Below, one piece after another: positions 25,220 through 38,174 of a DNA stretch of 64,000 nt (the stretch's first letter is position 1; each line of letters begins with the position of its first letter). Position numbers and translations under genes: made by a program. The DNA is taken from positions 1,860,001 through 1,924,000 of the forward strand of contig JAQGDQ010000002.1 in assembly GCA_030141605.1 (NCBI GenBank), read 5' to 3'. The notes beneath the pieces were generated by a model that was not told the DNA's origin, made no database searches, and saw only the letters and a list, made by a program, of their open reading frames with translations. The stretch comes from Tubiluchus corallicola (lineage: Eukaryota > Animalia > Priapulida).

Positions 25220-26450
25220 AGACAGTGGTGTATTGAAACAACATTACATTAGAATTACAACATTACAACAACACAACAACACATACAACATTAATATACA
25301 CATCAAGCACGCATGGTGTTAAGTGATTTTAAAACTGTGATCTTAAAACAGAAGAAAATCATCCGATTACAATAAGTTTAAAAATTCGACTTGAAATTTT
25401 ATACCACTTACATACTGTATTTTTTGCATACAGGGCTTGCGTGGGCAGTAACACTGTGTAAACCGTTAGACGCAGTCATTTTGGCGATAGATCATTTGAA
25501 AACAAGTTTAGATAACACCGAGTAAAGCTCGAAGCAATAATCAGAGCATTCGTAGCGCATGCATCCCTAACTAAGTGAAAGTTTAAATAACTGTATTTTG
25601 TCCACAAGATTAAAAATACGTTTTTTGGTTAGGGAGTGGTACACCCTGGATATGAGCTAACGACATTTTACCATTTGATGAAAACAGGTTAAGAGGAATA
25701 CCAAAATTACTGTATAAGACAATGCAGACCAGCTAGCATTGATCGAGATGTTGGCACAACATTGATCCAATGTCATTTGTAAAGGCGGGCCAACATTAAC
25801 CAGCAGTTTGCCCACCGATTCCAATGTTGGACCAGTTTATCAAAGTGCCGAACAAGTTTTGGGTGGAGTTTTTTGTTTATTTTAATAATCAAAAAAAGCA
25901 TGTATTGCTAAAAACATTCGACATTTTTATGCAGGTGGAAAAAAACACAAACATGCAGCAGATAAAAACACATTTGGGGACAGAGAAGTATGAAATCGCT
26001 ACCCACAGTCATATAAGAGAGTGGTACACAACAGATCGAAACAGAAACTATACAATTTATAGAGTTACTCTGGTGCCGATAGGAAAAATTTACACTATAA
26101 TGGAGCTATGCTACATTTTGTCCAGCAAAAAACTAGATGCTGCTACGCTACAGCTTCTCAGAACAACTTCCGACCCCTGTTCTGATCTTAGTGACGCGAT
26201 AAAATTATTATTGATGATTGATAATGATATCGGTTGGATAAATATTATAATGAATATTCAATTCATCCTCAAGACTGACCTAACTGATTATTAGAGAATA
26301 TAATATCGGGCCTTAATATCGGCTATGCTTAACCATTTTCAACAAAGACAGGAGCTGGTGTTTAGGGCAACAAGGGCGTCATAAATTTCTGTTACGCACG
26401 GTCATTCGGCAATATAAGGATATTGCAAAGTAAATGGGAAATGAGAAAGT

Positions 26451-29400
26451 ATGGCGAACGCTAATGCGGGTAAATCAATTTTTGTTTTGTTAATAATTTA
26501 TTTTTAAAGTTTTCTGCTGTAATGTGTACTATAGGAAATGCACACCGAATAAGTTATCAGTAACTTTTGTTTACTTTGTATGTGATTTGATTACAGTTTT
26601 TGCAAAAGTGCAATTAGATTTAGCCTGCCCATGCCCTCACTGTTTTCCAGGTTTTCACCCAGGCGGCACAGGTTCAATTCCAGGTGTTGAGAACTTGCTC
26701 CTTTATGACGTGGATATACAGGAGCCTGATAGAAATATTAGAATAGCCGCTGTGAATCGCCTGTTACTAGCCCTCCACTGAATTCTTTTAAAGTTTTATT
26801 AATTACCCCATTTTTGACCAAAGTAGGTCTCATCGTATTTAAAAAGTGATGACAATTGATTTAGTTCAAATTGGTAATTTTCTCACTGAGGATACCAAAG
26901 CTGTTTTCTGATTGTTGGAGATTGTAAGGTTTCTTTAAGGCAGTGGCTAAAGGTATGGACCCGTACTCGTCTTTTCTGCAGTACCGAATATGGATCCGTA
27001 TTCATAGCTATTTCTACAACAAATACGGAACCGTGCTTTTTGTGACATTTAGTGATTACAAAACATAACGGATTTTGAAAATTTTTACGTCATACGGCGT
27101 TTGACCATGTGCCCTGCACATATTTGAAAAGTACATGCCCACTTCATGAAAGTGGTTTTTCTTCGATACCATTTTTCTTCATGATATAATAGTTACACTG
27201 CAAGAGTTTAAATCTTAGAGTGTTATGAATTTCTTAGAGTGTTGTAATATGATGACCTACCAGGTACTAGTCAGTATTTTTTCTATAGAGTGTTGTGAAT
27301 AACCTATAAACTGTATTTTTCCTTAGTTTGGGTTGTGATTTATTGACTTGTCGAACATAGCAGAATTTTTTAGTCTTTATGTGATATACAGTAAGTGCAA
27401 TTTATAAGAGCTGCTAAACTGTTACATGTACCTGTTGCCAAATAATTTATGCTGTAAATATGATAGCGTGCCAGTATTACTTGCTTGATTTATTATTTTG
27501 TTTGTCATTGTAAACATTTAAAGCATCTTTATGTAAGCCAGGTCCCATATTAATTAGTTATTTTATTAATTTGTTTATCAAAGCTGTACTACGATCAATA
27601 TACTGCCATATTCCAACTCCATTTTTGTAGTGCTTTGTACGTCATTTCTATTAAAACATAAAAAGGCCATTTTACAAATTTGCATTTAACTGAAGGCTGC
27701 AATAAGTATAATTACGTTCGATTGTCTCATTAATCCACTTTAATTCGAGTTAAAACATCAAGTTAACTGCACTCAATCAGTCTAATAAACTTGTTTATAA
27801 TCTGTAATGAATTGCCTATTTTTACATTATTAATTCTGCAGTTCTAAACTTTATTGAACACAAAATCATGCTGTAAATAAATCTAGTTTGGTAAATTAAC
27901 TAATTTATACGGCATTCTATCAAACTGATAGATTGAGATTAATTAAACTAAAATGATCAGTTCATAATGCTTCAAAATAATACAAAAATGATGTATTTAC
28001 TTAGTATTTACTATTTTGTATTACGCAAATCTAGTATTTACCAATATATATAACAAAATGTACCACTATCACTGCGAAAAGCTACTTTGTCACTACCAAG
28101 GTAAAGAAGCCTATTAACGTCTACTAACTAACTCGCTTGCCCAGGTAAAAACAGATATGCACAGGTGAGTGACCGTGGTCACGTGACCCACTAGATACTT
28201 GAGAAAATTCTCTACAAAAGTATTTTTATGTTATGTAAATAGCAACAACTTAAATACAGATAAATACATGTCATGCTAATTAAGTAATGTCAATTGTGTA
28301 AATAGTGTAAATGTAATGAGTATAAAATTTATGTGATGTAAAGTGTGTTTTGTTAATTGTGTCATGTCAAATGTATATACAGTGTAAATGTCATGTAAAG
28401 TTTAATGTACTTTTTCATATTGTTTTGTAAAAATATTATAATACCGTGCTTGTAAATATGCCTGTTTATTATAAATAATTAGACCTTAGTTTTGCACTTT
28501 AGTTTTTTTTGTCTGCACTGGACGCATTTGTCTTGAACAGTGTTGTTATTTTAACATTACGCTGAGGCTTACTCAATTTTATTGTAATGAGTGAACATTT
28601 TAATGACACATAAAGAATTTATATATATGTGTGTTTGTGTGTGTAGTGTGAAGGGCATGATATGGTTGAATGATGTACTGTGTACATCGTGCTGTGTGCG
28701 TTGTCGTTGAAGGTTTACAAGCAAAATTGTGGTCTGGCTAGCAATTTATTATTGATTCACGATTATATCTTCCTTGCTTCACATTAAGAAACAGTTTTCA
28801 ACAGTAGGGTACACAAACCAAGCCTAGTAAATTTTTTTACCCACATTTTTGCGGATATGAGGATATTCAATTTCACTCAATCCACTGATTTTGTGGATGC
28901 AGATATTTACAGTTGCGGATAAACAAGAAAGTGATATCCGCCAATCTCTGAGTCACTGTCTTTCTTTAAATTAATTGGAGAGTGAGTCCTTACATTCAGC
29001 GATAGTTTGACATCAAATAAGCTATCAGAGCTGATGTAACATTCTCTACCTGTGTTACAATAGATGAGCTGACTTGACTGAGGCTGAGTATTGTAACAGA
29101 TTGCTCTATACATTACACATTTTTTTGCAATTTGGGCATGAAGTCTAATATTTTATCCATTTCATTAAAAATCAATTTATTTTAGCTAACCACTGATAAA
29201 AAATTTCATTTTATTATCTGCTGTTTTTTGTCCTGGCTTTTCTTTTTCACTGTGGAATAACAACAGCAAGTGCCATTTATTATACCTTTATTATGTGATG
29301 TTGTGCCTAGGAAAGTCACTGGCGAAGGCAGCTGTACTCATTGGTGCACATGGATAAATCACACAATAGGGGTTGAACCAACCAACTGCACTGCAGCAGT

Positions 29401-32400
29401 TACATGGAAGTTGCTACTTAATAGCATTTTCGTTTGCTGATGATTGGGCAAAAGCAATATTAAAATTAGCCTGTTAGTCATTGCTAACTAAAAAAGTTTC
29501 ATCCATTGGGCTTATATCATGTATTATTTTGTGAATGTCATTTTTTGCAAGTTGGTAAGCCTAAACTACAATGCTGCTGTGCTTCCAACTTGTCATATTT
29601 TCTTCATACCTCTCTTTTTCCAGCCACTTCGACATATATTTTTTCCAGAGTATTTAACATTTTTGCTTGTATGTCATTTCATTTGCCTGGGACAGCATCC
29701 ATTGTAACTTTTGCAAGCCACAAGTGCAAGTAGTAAACCAAGGACCCTGTTGTGTGTCTTCAAACTTTGTGAAATCTGCCTTGCCAACATTTATAATTTT
29801 TATAACTTTTTTAAGAATCAACTGGATAGTGAAGCTTTGTGAAGCTTTACTTTTTCAAACCAGCTTGTAAGATTTACAAAATTTTCGTGATTTTTTTTTG
29901 TCCCAATGCTTAGCTTTTATTGTTGTTGTTTATTGAGTATGTTTTACAGTAAATTTTGTTTTTGTAGAAGCTGATATAGAGCAATCCTTGCTCAGTTTTG
30001 AAACTCTTGACCGATCATCACCAGATTTATGGCCAGAAAAAAGTAAGTTTCATATTTTAACTTTGAAACACAGGTAAACATTTTAATACATGAAAATGTC
30101 ATGATTACAACTTCGTGCACATTTATCATTTTTTCACAAAGTACATACAGTTAGATTTAAAAGTAGCTAGATTTTGACTGTCTCTTTGTACCATATACTT
30201 ACTTTAAACTATTTTTCAGTTCCCGGAGTATCGGAGTTCGTAGCAGCACATAGCGTAAGTACCACAAAGAAAGTCACGTGGCATGAGGTCCAGTTCTGTG
30301 ACCTGCATGGAAATTCAGTTGTAAGAAAATAACTAGCAAAAATCCAGGAGACACTTTTTTTATATTATACATATATTAAACTTATGGCTTTCAGGTTTTG
30401 ACTTTGAAAGAGAGAAGGCATTTGTAATACTACTGCTGTAAAATTTGTTTGTTTTTCATTTTTATTTTATACATATTGTGAAAATATGGTTTTCAGTATT
30501 TGGCATTGAAAGAGCTGAAGCATTTCGTATATTACTGCTGTAAAAATTTGTTTGTTTTTTTATTTGCACAGCCAATCTCAGATGAGCTTTCTTCGCCAAA
30601 GTGGTTGCAAGACCTGGATGATGAAGACGTGGAAATGTTAAAAGGTTGTTATTTTCGTTTTTTTATGCAAAGAAATCTAATTTCAACTATATTGTATCAG
30701 CTTATGAGTACCTGTCCCTGTCATTTTTTCACTTACCTACTACACATGTTACAGCCATTGTATTTCATATATTTTTTTTTGAAATCACATGGCAGTTAAA
30801 TTTGAACATTTTACAAGTGCGTTTTCTTGATAACTTTGGGTCATTCGAATTTTATTATTTGCTGGCACGGTTGAAGTAACTCTTATTGTTATTTTTGATA
30901 ATAAGGCTGTTTTGAGGTAGTTGATTTTGCATTTGAATTTCTCTAATCTCTTTTCTCAGCTATTTTTAGCACCTTAAAATTGATTTACATGGAAAATTAT
31001 CAGATCTCTTACACTATGCAACATGGCAATATATTAGTGATAATGTGTTGCGTCTATGTATAAAAATCTCCTTTTTTCCAGAATTTGGTAGTTTGACACC
31101 AGCTGGATTAATTGACAAAGTCAAGCAATTACAAAACCTTGCTTATCAACTTGGACTTGAAGAAGGTATATTAGTACAATAAAATGTTGAAGTTTCAAGT
31201 GTTTAAGATGTTGGACAACTTTTGAAAATGCTGGAATAACACATTCAAGATTTTCTTGTATAAGCATCACTTTTGTCGGACAAAGTATGTACAATGTTTT
31301 ATTTACAGACAGAAATTTTAAGTAAATTATATAAGAATTTTTTGTAAGTTATATAAGAACGTTTACAAAAGATCACATTTCGCATTTCTTAAACATAGTG
31401 CTTATGCAAGGGATGTACTGTAGAAATAAAAGTTTGGCCATGAGAGTAATTTTAATTTTTTCGTACTTAGGTGCAGACTGAAATTTTTGCTGTCTTTTGC
31501 TGGCACTAATACTGCTTTCAAAAATTATATTAAGGCCTGTTTTACATGACAAAGTAAAGCACAGATCCATTCCCAATTTTCCTATGTTCACTTAATTCTT
31601 TTAGACACTTGTAGCTTAATGGGCAGGCATAGTGATTCATTTTTCTTCTTGCCACAAATTGTGTGTGTCATATAATTTTTATTGCTTTTTAAAATTGTTT
31701 GTTTGAGATCTCATAATTAATTGCTAGCCAAAAACAGTACTCACCTATTTAGGTAAGCAAGTTTAAAATGTTTTTTTAATTTGAATTTACTTCAAGTTTT
31801 GTCCTGAATAGTTGTAAAAAAAAATTCATTTTTCAAGGTTTCATATTAATTATTAGTCCATAAGCACCAAAACTATCATGTTTTTCACTTGAATCTTTGC
31901 ATTGCAATTGTAATTTCAGTGCAGCTTTCTGTGATTTTGCAAACCACTTGAAAAGATACAGCCATCAGAAAAATACAAGGGCCTTATTACTTCATAACTT
32001 ACCAAATGAGAGAAGGACAGATACATGGTGTATTACACCATCCAACACATGTGAATTTTTGAGACTGCATCCCTAAATAATCATAAAAAGTCAGTGATGG
32101 AAATGTTGTAAGATCGTTGTAACCTTCTGCCTAGTGTGATAATGTAGTTCTTCAAAAATAGATAAACTGATATCACAGTTAACAAAAGATAACTGTGCGT
32201 AAATCCATTGAAACTATTTTGAAATATAAATTGTAAGACCTTATCACAACTACTGATATTTTCTGAACTATAAAATTTCCATAATAATATTAATCTGGCA
32301 ATGGTATGCCTATATGTAATTATAAAGTCCTTTTTCTCACACTTTGTTTGTATTTTTTTCAGCTAGGGAAATGACAAGGGGGAAGTTTTTGAACATTTTG

Positions 32401-32418
32401 GAAACAAAGAAAAAGTAG
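26451..32418 (+). CDS. LIN52: Lin-52 homolog, DREAM/MuvB core subunit (113 aa, 6 coding exons)
   Basis: Exons 26451-26469, 29968-30042, 30220-30254, 30572-30644, 31082-31165 and 32363-32418 splice in frame to MANANAEADIEQSLLSFETLDRSSPDLWPEKIPGVSEF...SPKWLQDLDDEDVEMLKEFGSLTPAGLIDKVKQLQNLAYQLGLEEAREMTRGKFLNILETKKK*. Contains the LxSxE pocket-protein motif and the RxSP DYRK1A site. Exon 1 is the least certain. Confidence 0.96.
26645..26790 (+). mobile_element. 5'-truncated tRNA-Glu(TTC)-derived SINE or tRNA pseudogene in LIN52 intron 1
   Basis: TTCCAGGTTTTCACCCAGGCGGCACAGGTTCAATTCCAGGTGTTGAGAA matches the anticodon-to-acceptor half of metazoan tRNA-Glu(TTC), including the B-box. The 5' acceptor and D-arm are missing and a non-tRNA body follows. 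Confidence 0.7.
29968..30042 (+). CDS. LIN52: LIN52 exon 2 (EADIEQSLLSFETLDRSSPDLWPEK)
   Basis: LLSFE-LDR-SPDLWPE signature; TAG/GTAAGT boundaries. Confidence 0.96.
30220..30254 (+). CDS. LIN52: LIN52 exon 3 (IPGVSEFVAAHS)
   Basis: PGV-EF motif; CAG/GTAAGT boundaries. Confidence 0.93.
30378..30571 (+). repeat. Degenerate ~100-bp tandem duplication of the LIN52 exon-4 acceptor region
   Basis: Both copies read TATGG(C/T)TTTCAG..TTGAAAGAG..GCATTT..TACTGCTGTAAAA(A)TTTGTTTGTTTTT. Copy 1 ends TATACAT and copy 2 ends TGCACAG. Confidence 0.8.
30572..30644 (+). CDS. LIN52: LIN52 exon 4 (PISDELSSPKWLQDLDDEDVEMLK)
   Basis: PKW...D..ML motif; phase-consistent. Confidence 0.94.
31082..31165 (+). CDS. 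LIN52: LIN52 exon 5 (EFGSLTPAGLIDKVKQLQNLAYQLGLEE)
   Basis: LQNLAYQLG signature. Confidence 0.96.
32363..32418 (+). CDS. LIN52: LIN52 last coding exon (AREMTRGKFLNILETKKK*)
   Basis: REMTRGKFLNIL signature; TAG stop; AATAAA at ~32869. Confidence 0.96.
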
Positions 32419-34934
32419 CAACCTGTACAAAACGTTTTAGTGTACAAAGTTAAGATTTTTTCTGTAATTTTTTCACTCAAAAGTGACTCAGTTTAAGATT
32501 ACGTTGAGAATTGGTTTCTGTGTAAAGTATGTTTTAACATTTCTTCGCGGGTGATTGCAAAAGCTGTATAAATACACAAAACATTTATAAACTTTTTTAT
32601 GTGTGCTTAAACAGTAGGTTTTTGCAGTAACACTTTAGTGAACACTTGTTAATAATTATTTATAGGATCTCACTTGTTTTTATATACATATTAACAATTT
32701 TGCTAACAGATTGTTGTTTCCATATGATGGTTTCTAAATGATAGTCAGTGGTAACCAGGGATGAGCCGATATGGGAACCTGTGTCCTGATCCAAAATCAG
32801 ACCAGATATAATGGTGTTATATCTACTGCAACAATACCTGCTGTTTATGATGTAATTGTGAATAGTCAAAATAAAATATAATCGTGACGTTTTTGGCCTA
32901 TTGTAAAGTACTAATTGTGCACTAGTTTTCTGTACTTGTGATGTTTATAGCTATTGTTTGATGAAGAATACTTTTAGTTTATGTTTTTTAGGATCAGCTT
33001 CAGATAATTTACTCAGTGCCATATTTCAATTACGATTGCAATAGGGCTTTTAATCGCGCATAAAATTAACTTTCGGTGAAAAAACTAGCTTGTAGAATTG
33101 TAGACACGAAAGAAACGTGATAGCTTGGTATCTGCATAACAGGTACAGATCTTGAAGTTGAAAATATTTGTTGAAACCATCTAGGAAGCAGTAAGTGCAT
33201 TACAGGGCTATAGTTTTAGATGAATTTGCTTTTAATTCTAGATTTATTGCTATAGGACTGATAGGGTATTATGATAGGACTGATTATTTTATGGACAAAA
33301 ACCCACTTTGTCAGATTTATATTTTGTCCCATTGCAGGCAAATTTTAGAACCGTTCCATCTTTCACAGACACAGCTGGTCATAGACGCCATTATTGGTGA
33401 TGTATAAAGAAATACTTCTTCATGCTTCTTCTATGATTTTTAGTGCCTCATTTTACTTCAGTAATAATGGCGTATGAAATGCTCGTGTTACTCTTACATT
33501 GCTTTTCATATGTTTTTGTTTGAGCCAATGATTGTTCTTAGAATACTTTCAAAATTATTAGTTCTGAAGTTTAAGGAATTTTGGCCCAACCTGTTGTTCC
33601 CCCCAAGGGCATATTAACCAATATTCTATCTAGGCAATGGCCTAGAGCGTCATATTTTAGAAAAAATTCTTATACTCCTCGGGAAATGTGTATACATGTA
33701 CTTTCATATTCATTTAGTGGGCACATTTTGTAACACGCCACAGGCAGTTACTCAGCAGAGCTTTATATAAGTGCCACAAATGATCACAAACTGTGATCAG
33801 GTGCAACGTATTACACAATAAGCAGTTATGCAGCCTGCTTGAATATTAACAACATAGAACTATGTTAATAGTGTTTCTAATGCACCACAAGCAATATGCG
33901 GCTCTTTTCTTTTTAAAAAGCCTTTACGTGGGAAATTCATGCATTATTGGTGATTACTAGTAGATCTAATACCATTTGTCACATTGTAGTGTCATCTGTT
34001 TTATATTTCAGACTGTGAAAAATGCTTTTGCTAGTTTATATTATCGTCATTATCATGAATTATTCTGAGCTGAAATTTTATAAATACTTTCAGGTGATCG
34101 ATTATTTTTCGTATTGGTTCTGTTAATGCTTTTTGTTCTTTGTAATTACGTTTATTACAATTAATGAAATGAAAATGATGTTTGTATTCAGAATAAAAAT
34201 TGTTCACTATTGACATTGTGTCTGTAGCACCATTTAACTTTTATTTGTTGTCTGCTTATTAAGTTCATCAGGAATCATTACTTCGGAATAGTGGGAAAAG
34301 CGATAAGTTTGATTCTATAATTTCATGAATTATAAGATTGAAATCACAAACTTTATAAGTGTCAGCAGAAAAAGATGAAAAAATAAACGTCCACGTACTT
34401 TCTTTCCGCTGCACTAGATGGGGCGATGTGATTAAGTAGGAAACGATCGTTGTACCCTGATCAGAAATCTGTCGTACAAGTCTCTTCCCGTACGTTTGTA
34501 CACGAATATCTGTATTAGGTCGGAGCTTGCACAATTAAACTAACAAATACTAGCGTAAAATGAGTTTAATAACCCTATTTCAGTTAACAAAGAAATAGAG
34601 TTTAAAAGCTAAGCACATTAGTTTGAGCCACTGCAGTTTATCAAGCAAATATTGATGGTCTAATGACATGGAAAATGTTTAAATTAACGTCTTATTATTT
34701 TTACGGTAAAAAGTTGGGGTAAGCGACATAGTGTAAATGCATTCTCAATTGAAATAAAAAAGTTTTAAATAACCTAAATTTCTTCTTTGAATTTGTTCAA
34801 AATGGTCGAAAACTGGCCTTGTAATAAAAAAAATAAAATTGACCCGTAGACGACCCCGTTTTCAAATTACAATTAAAATTTATAAACAATGATTGTATAA
34901 ACTGGCTTCTTCCCAGTCACTAAAAATTCTTGGA

Positions 34935-35165
34935 AAACCCGCGCTTATAATCACGTGACCACTGATGTCATTTTTTAGCCAATCACTTGCGCACTGCGCA
35001 GTAAACCACAGCTGTATTTACAAAAACTTCTGTGATAGAAAAAGTTGAGACAATTGCAGTTCCCAGTGATTATTACAAAATTTAAAGTTTTTCGTCAATG
35101 GTATAGAAGAAGCTTAAAGTATGTGTCAGGAAAAGTGAAAAAATCGGGCATTTTATCTTGCAAAC
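34935..35165 (+). promoter_or_regulatory. Candidate distal promoter and non-coding first exon of the BH3-only gene
   Basis: Clustered CACGTG E-box, CCAAT box and TGCGCA motifs, followed by the consensus donor AAC|GTAAGT at 35165/35166. Confidence 0.4.
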
Positions 35166-37272
35166 GTAAGTATTTATAATTGCTTATTGCTTAATTAAGT
35201 TCAGCTAGTTGATTAATTTCGTTGTTAGATATAGCTAATTGTTATTAATTGGTATTACCTGACCGCAGTAGTTGAACACATAATTTTACAAGTTCAGGGA
35301 CAAATTTTCGCGTCCTTGGGTAGCTCTGTTGTGTTTCCTAAATGTATTAATTTTTTGCCCATTGGTCTCAAAGTTCATAGATTTTCCCTGCCAATGACCT
35401 TTGCTTATAGCGGCTTCGTGTTTATATGACTACATGACAGCACTTCATGACGAGCAATGCCAAGGTGAAAGTGCGCTATCACACAGAGCTAATCTCTGCC
35501 AGTATTAAATCATTACTAAAAATTATAGAAAACCATTAAAAATATTATGTGAATCTAATCTAATCTCACCTGCCATTATAAACGGGGTGACGCCACGCCC
35601 TGATTTATGGCGCAAAAGCGAAAGTGTGTAGAATATTCGTGTTACTACTTGATTACGTGTTTTTGGCTCGGGTTCAACAAGCTGCCATCCAAACACACTG
35701 CATCACGTGTGCACGCGGTCACGTGACACTGCAGTGCTATGGTACTGCAAGGCATAAATAATGTACATGCACTTAGGATAAATAGTCACGGTCAACCGTG
35801 GGCATAGAAGTATTGATGTCAGCACCGCTTCCAGCGCGCCGCTACCACCTCTAACTGCTTGTTTCAAAAAAATTGTTTTCTTTAAAGCCGTTACGAAGTG
35901 ACATTCACTTTCCTTGTCACGTTTGTTGTAATTTGGTAGTAATAACAAAACACGTGTCTCTCAGTATAGCAGAATGAAACATTTAGCATAAATGCATAAA
36001 TTATCATACATTATGCATGTGTTTAACAGTTTGCATTGTCTAATATGATTTCGTATTCCTGATACAAGTACCTGAATAAGCAGATTCTGAGGGCTGCCAC
36101 TTATCGTGCTTTGTATTTGCGATAATTGCAAATTTATGAAAAATTCATATTTTGGTTTAAATTTGCATAAATAATAAAGGTGTCTGTCAAACTGTTAATT
36201 TATTTCTGAAGTTAGCCTCTGATTAAGTAGTGTGCGCATTTTCTTTTAAAATAAATAAATCGATTTAGGGCTTTAAAATATAATATTACGGCTTTAACAA
36301 ATTTGACGCTAATTATGCTATATCTTTGCGGGAGGAATGTTTATATTTAAATAAGCGTCCGGTAAAGAAAGCTAAACGTAATCTAGGGCTGCTGGGCTTG
36401 AAAAACATGTGACATTGTAATTACCGTGAACCAGATTGACATTTCATCTTTCAAGAGTTTGGTTGTTCAACAAGGAAGATGAAACACCCATTTATCAAAT
36501 AAACAAGATCTGCAATAAGACATAACAAAGACGCCGCGCGTAAGATTCATCATAAAGCAATGTACATGATAAGTGTTGGCTTGTCTTGCGGTTGCCATTT
36601 TACAGATTTGTAAGACAATTTAGGTTTCCTAAAATTTGTAATTCCTTATGTAATCCATTTTAGGCTATGTATTAATTATTGTGGTCAAGGAAACGTTTGT
36701 AAATGCGAATGATACGATATAATGCACAATATCTTGCATGCCTAGTTACTGCAGGCATTTGTTGCCATAATTTAAGTCTATAATGTTAATGGCAAAGGAA
36801 ATTTCGATCGATTTTATTTTGCACAAAGATCATGTGGTAGTGTTTTAATTCCAAATATTTTGATTTTCGTTACATCAAGATCTTTGAAACCATCACATGG
36901 CTTGCATCATATAAAGTAATCATCCATCCAGGCCTCTAGAGGCCGCGCCCTGTCCTTGCAAAGGCACATGTCTTTAAATGAACTGCTCCAATGTTTTAAT
37001 GTTCCCAGAAAATAAGACAAATATAGATAAATTATTTTAAAACTTGAAATAATCATTGTAACTCTTTATAAGGTTAAACACTTATTATCATTTTATCAAA
37101 GTTTTTAGTTATTCCTGCATATCAATTTTTTTCTGCGAAGTGTCATTTTCCATTCAAATTAACATAAAAAATTAACTTTATCCGTAATAGTCGTATACCA
37201 ACTGCGAATTGAATATCTGAATCAAAAAAGTCACTCGGGAAGCCCAAAATGTACTGAGGTCGTTTTATAGGT

Positions 37273-37481
37273 AATGTCCTTTTGACATTGAAGACAACCT
37301 TGTAGTTTGTTGATGTGATTTTAATGAAGTTGAACACAAGTAACGCTGCTCTGTTGACAATAGAAGGCTGTCTACTACAATGTCCTTTTGACATTGAAGA
37401 CAGCCTTGTAGTTTGTTGGTGTGCCACCAATGAAGTTGAACACAAGTAACGCTGCTCTATTGACAATAGGAGGCTGTCTAC
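37273..37481. repeat. Tandem duplication, two ~106-bp near-identical copies
   Basis: AATGTCCTTTTGACATTGAAGACA...GGCTGTCTAC starts at 37273 and again at 37379. Confidence 0.92.
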
Positions 37482-37639
37482 ATATTGTCATTTTTCAACA
37501 ACCCAGTTTGTCATTCTTATTTTTAATACCCATTATGAGACAGTGTCAAGAAAAAACGCGACAGACGGCAATTTTTAATCAGTGTTTATAAGCAGGGTAT
37601 GATCTCATTAACCCAGGTGCGCTTTGCTCAGAAACGATG

Positions 37640-37870
37640 CTCGCGAATCCGCTATCTGTGATTGGTTGGTAGGCGTGGCCTGCGCGTGACGTAAGCGCGC
37701 TGGGTAGAGGAATCTCCTTGCGTGTAGCAGACGCCTGGCAGTCAGTAGTAAATTAGCAACAACGCAGTCGGTAGTATTCAGCGCAGCGACTTCGAGGTTA
37801 TTGATAACAGACGGCAGGCAGCGCGTGGCGGAGAAAGTTTATTGACTACTAGAACATGCTGACATGGTAC
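37640..37870 (+). promoter_or_regulatory. Candidate proximal promoter / first exon of the BH3-only gene
   Basis: CpG-rich patch with an inverted CCAAT (GATTGG), a GC box (GGCGTGGC) and a CRE-like TGACGTAA, upstream of the strong acceptor TTTTTACAG|38160. Confidence 0.55.
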
Positions 37871-38174
37871 ATGATCGATTAAACGAATTTGATTTTCCCC
37901 GTTACAGACGTTGTGTTTGAATAACTTTACATCATTAAAATTTGTAATAAACATGTAGTACCTGGTATTAAAGCATATTATTAGTTGTTCAGAGTAAGCT
38001 TGTCACGTGATGATGTGATTGCACGTCTTGTTGTTGCACGTGTGATCTGCGCGTAGAATGTATGCGCAGTGCTTAGAAATAGATAAAAAGCTGTGTGAAT
38101 ATGTGAAGGTTTTGTCGCAAACAGATACTTAACTACATATTTCTCATTCTTTTTTACAGATTTTATTTTCATGA

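Noticed and set aside
25824-26294. 156-aa ORF between the LINE and LIN52
   Set aside because: No recognisable domain; flanked by repeat-like CCAACATT/GATATCGG motifs; probably transposon-derived or chance.
26645-26693. Functional tRNA-Glu gene
   Set aside because: The 5' acceptor stem and D-arm are missing and the T-arm is mutated, so it is called a SINE/pseudogene instead.
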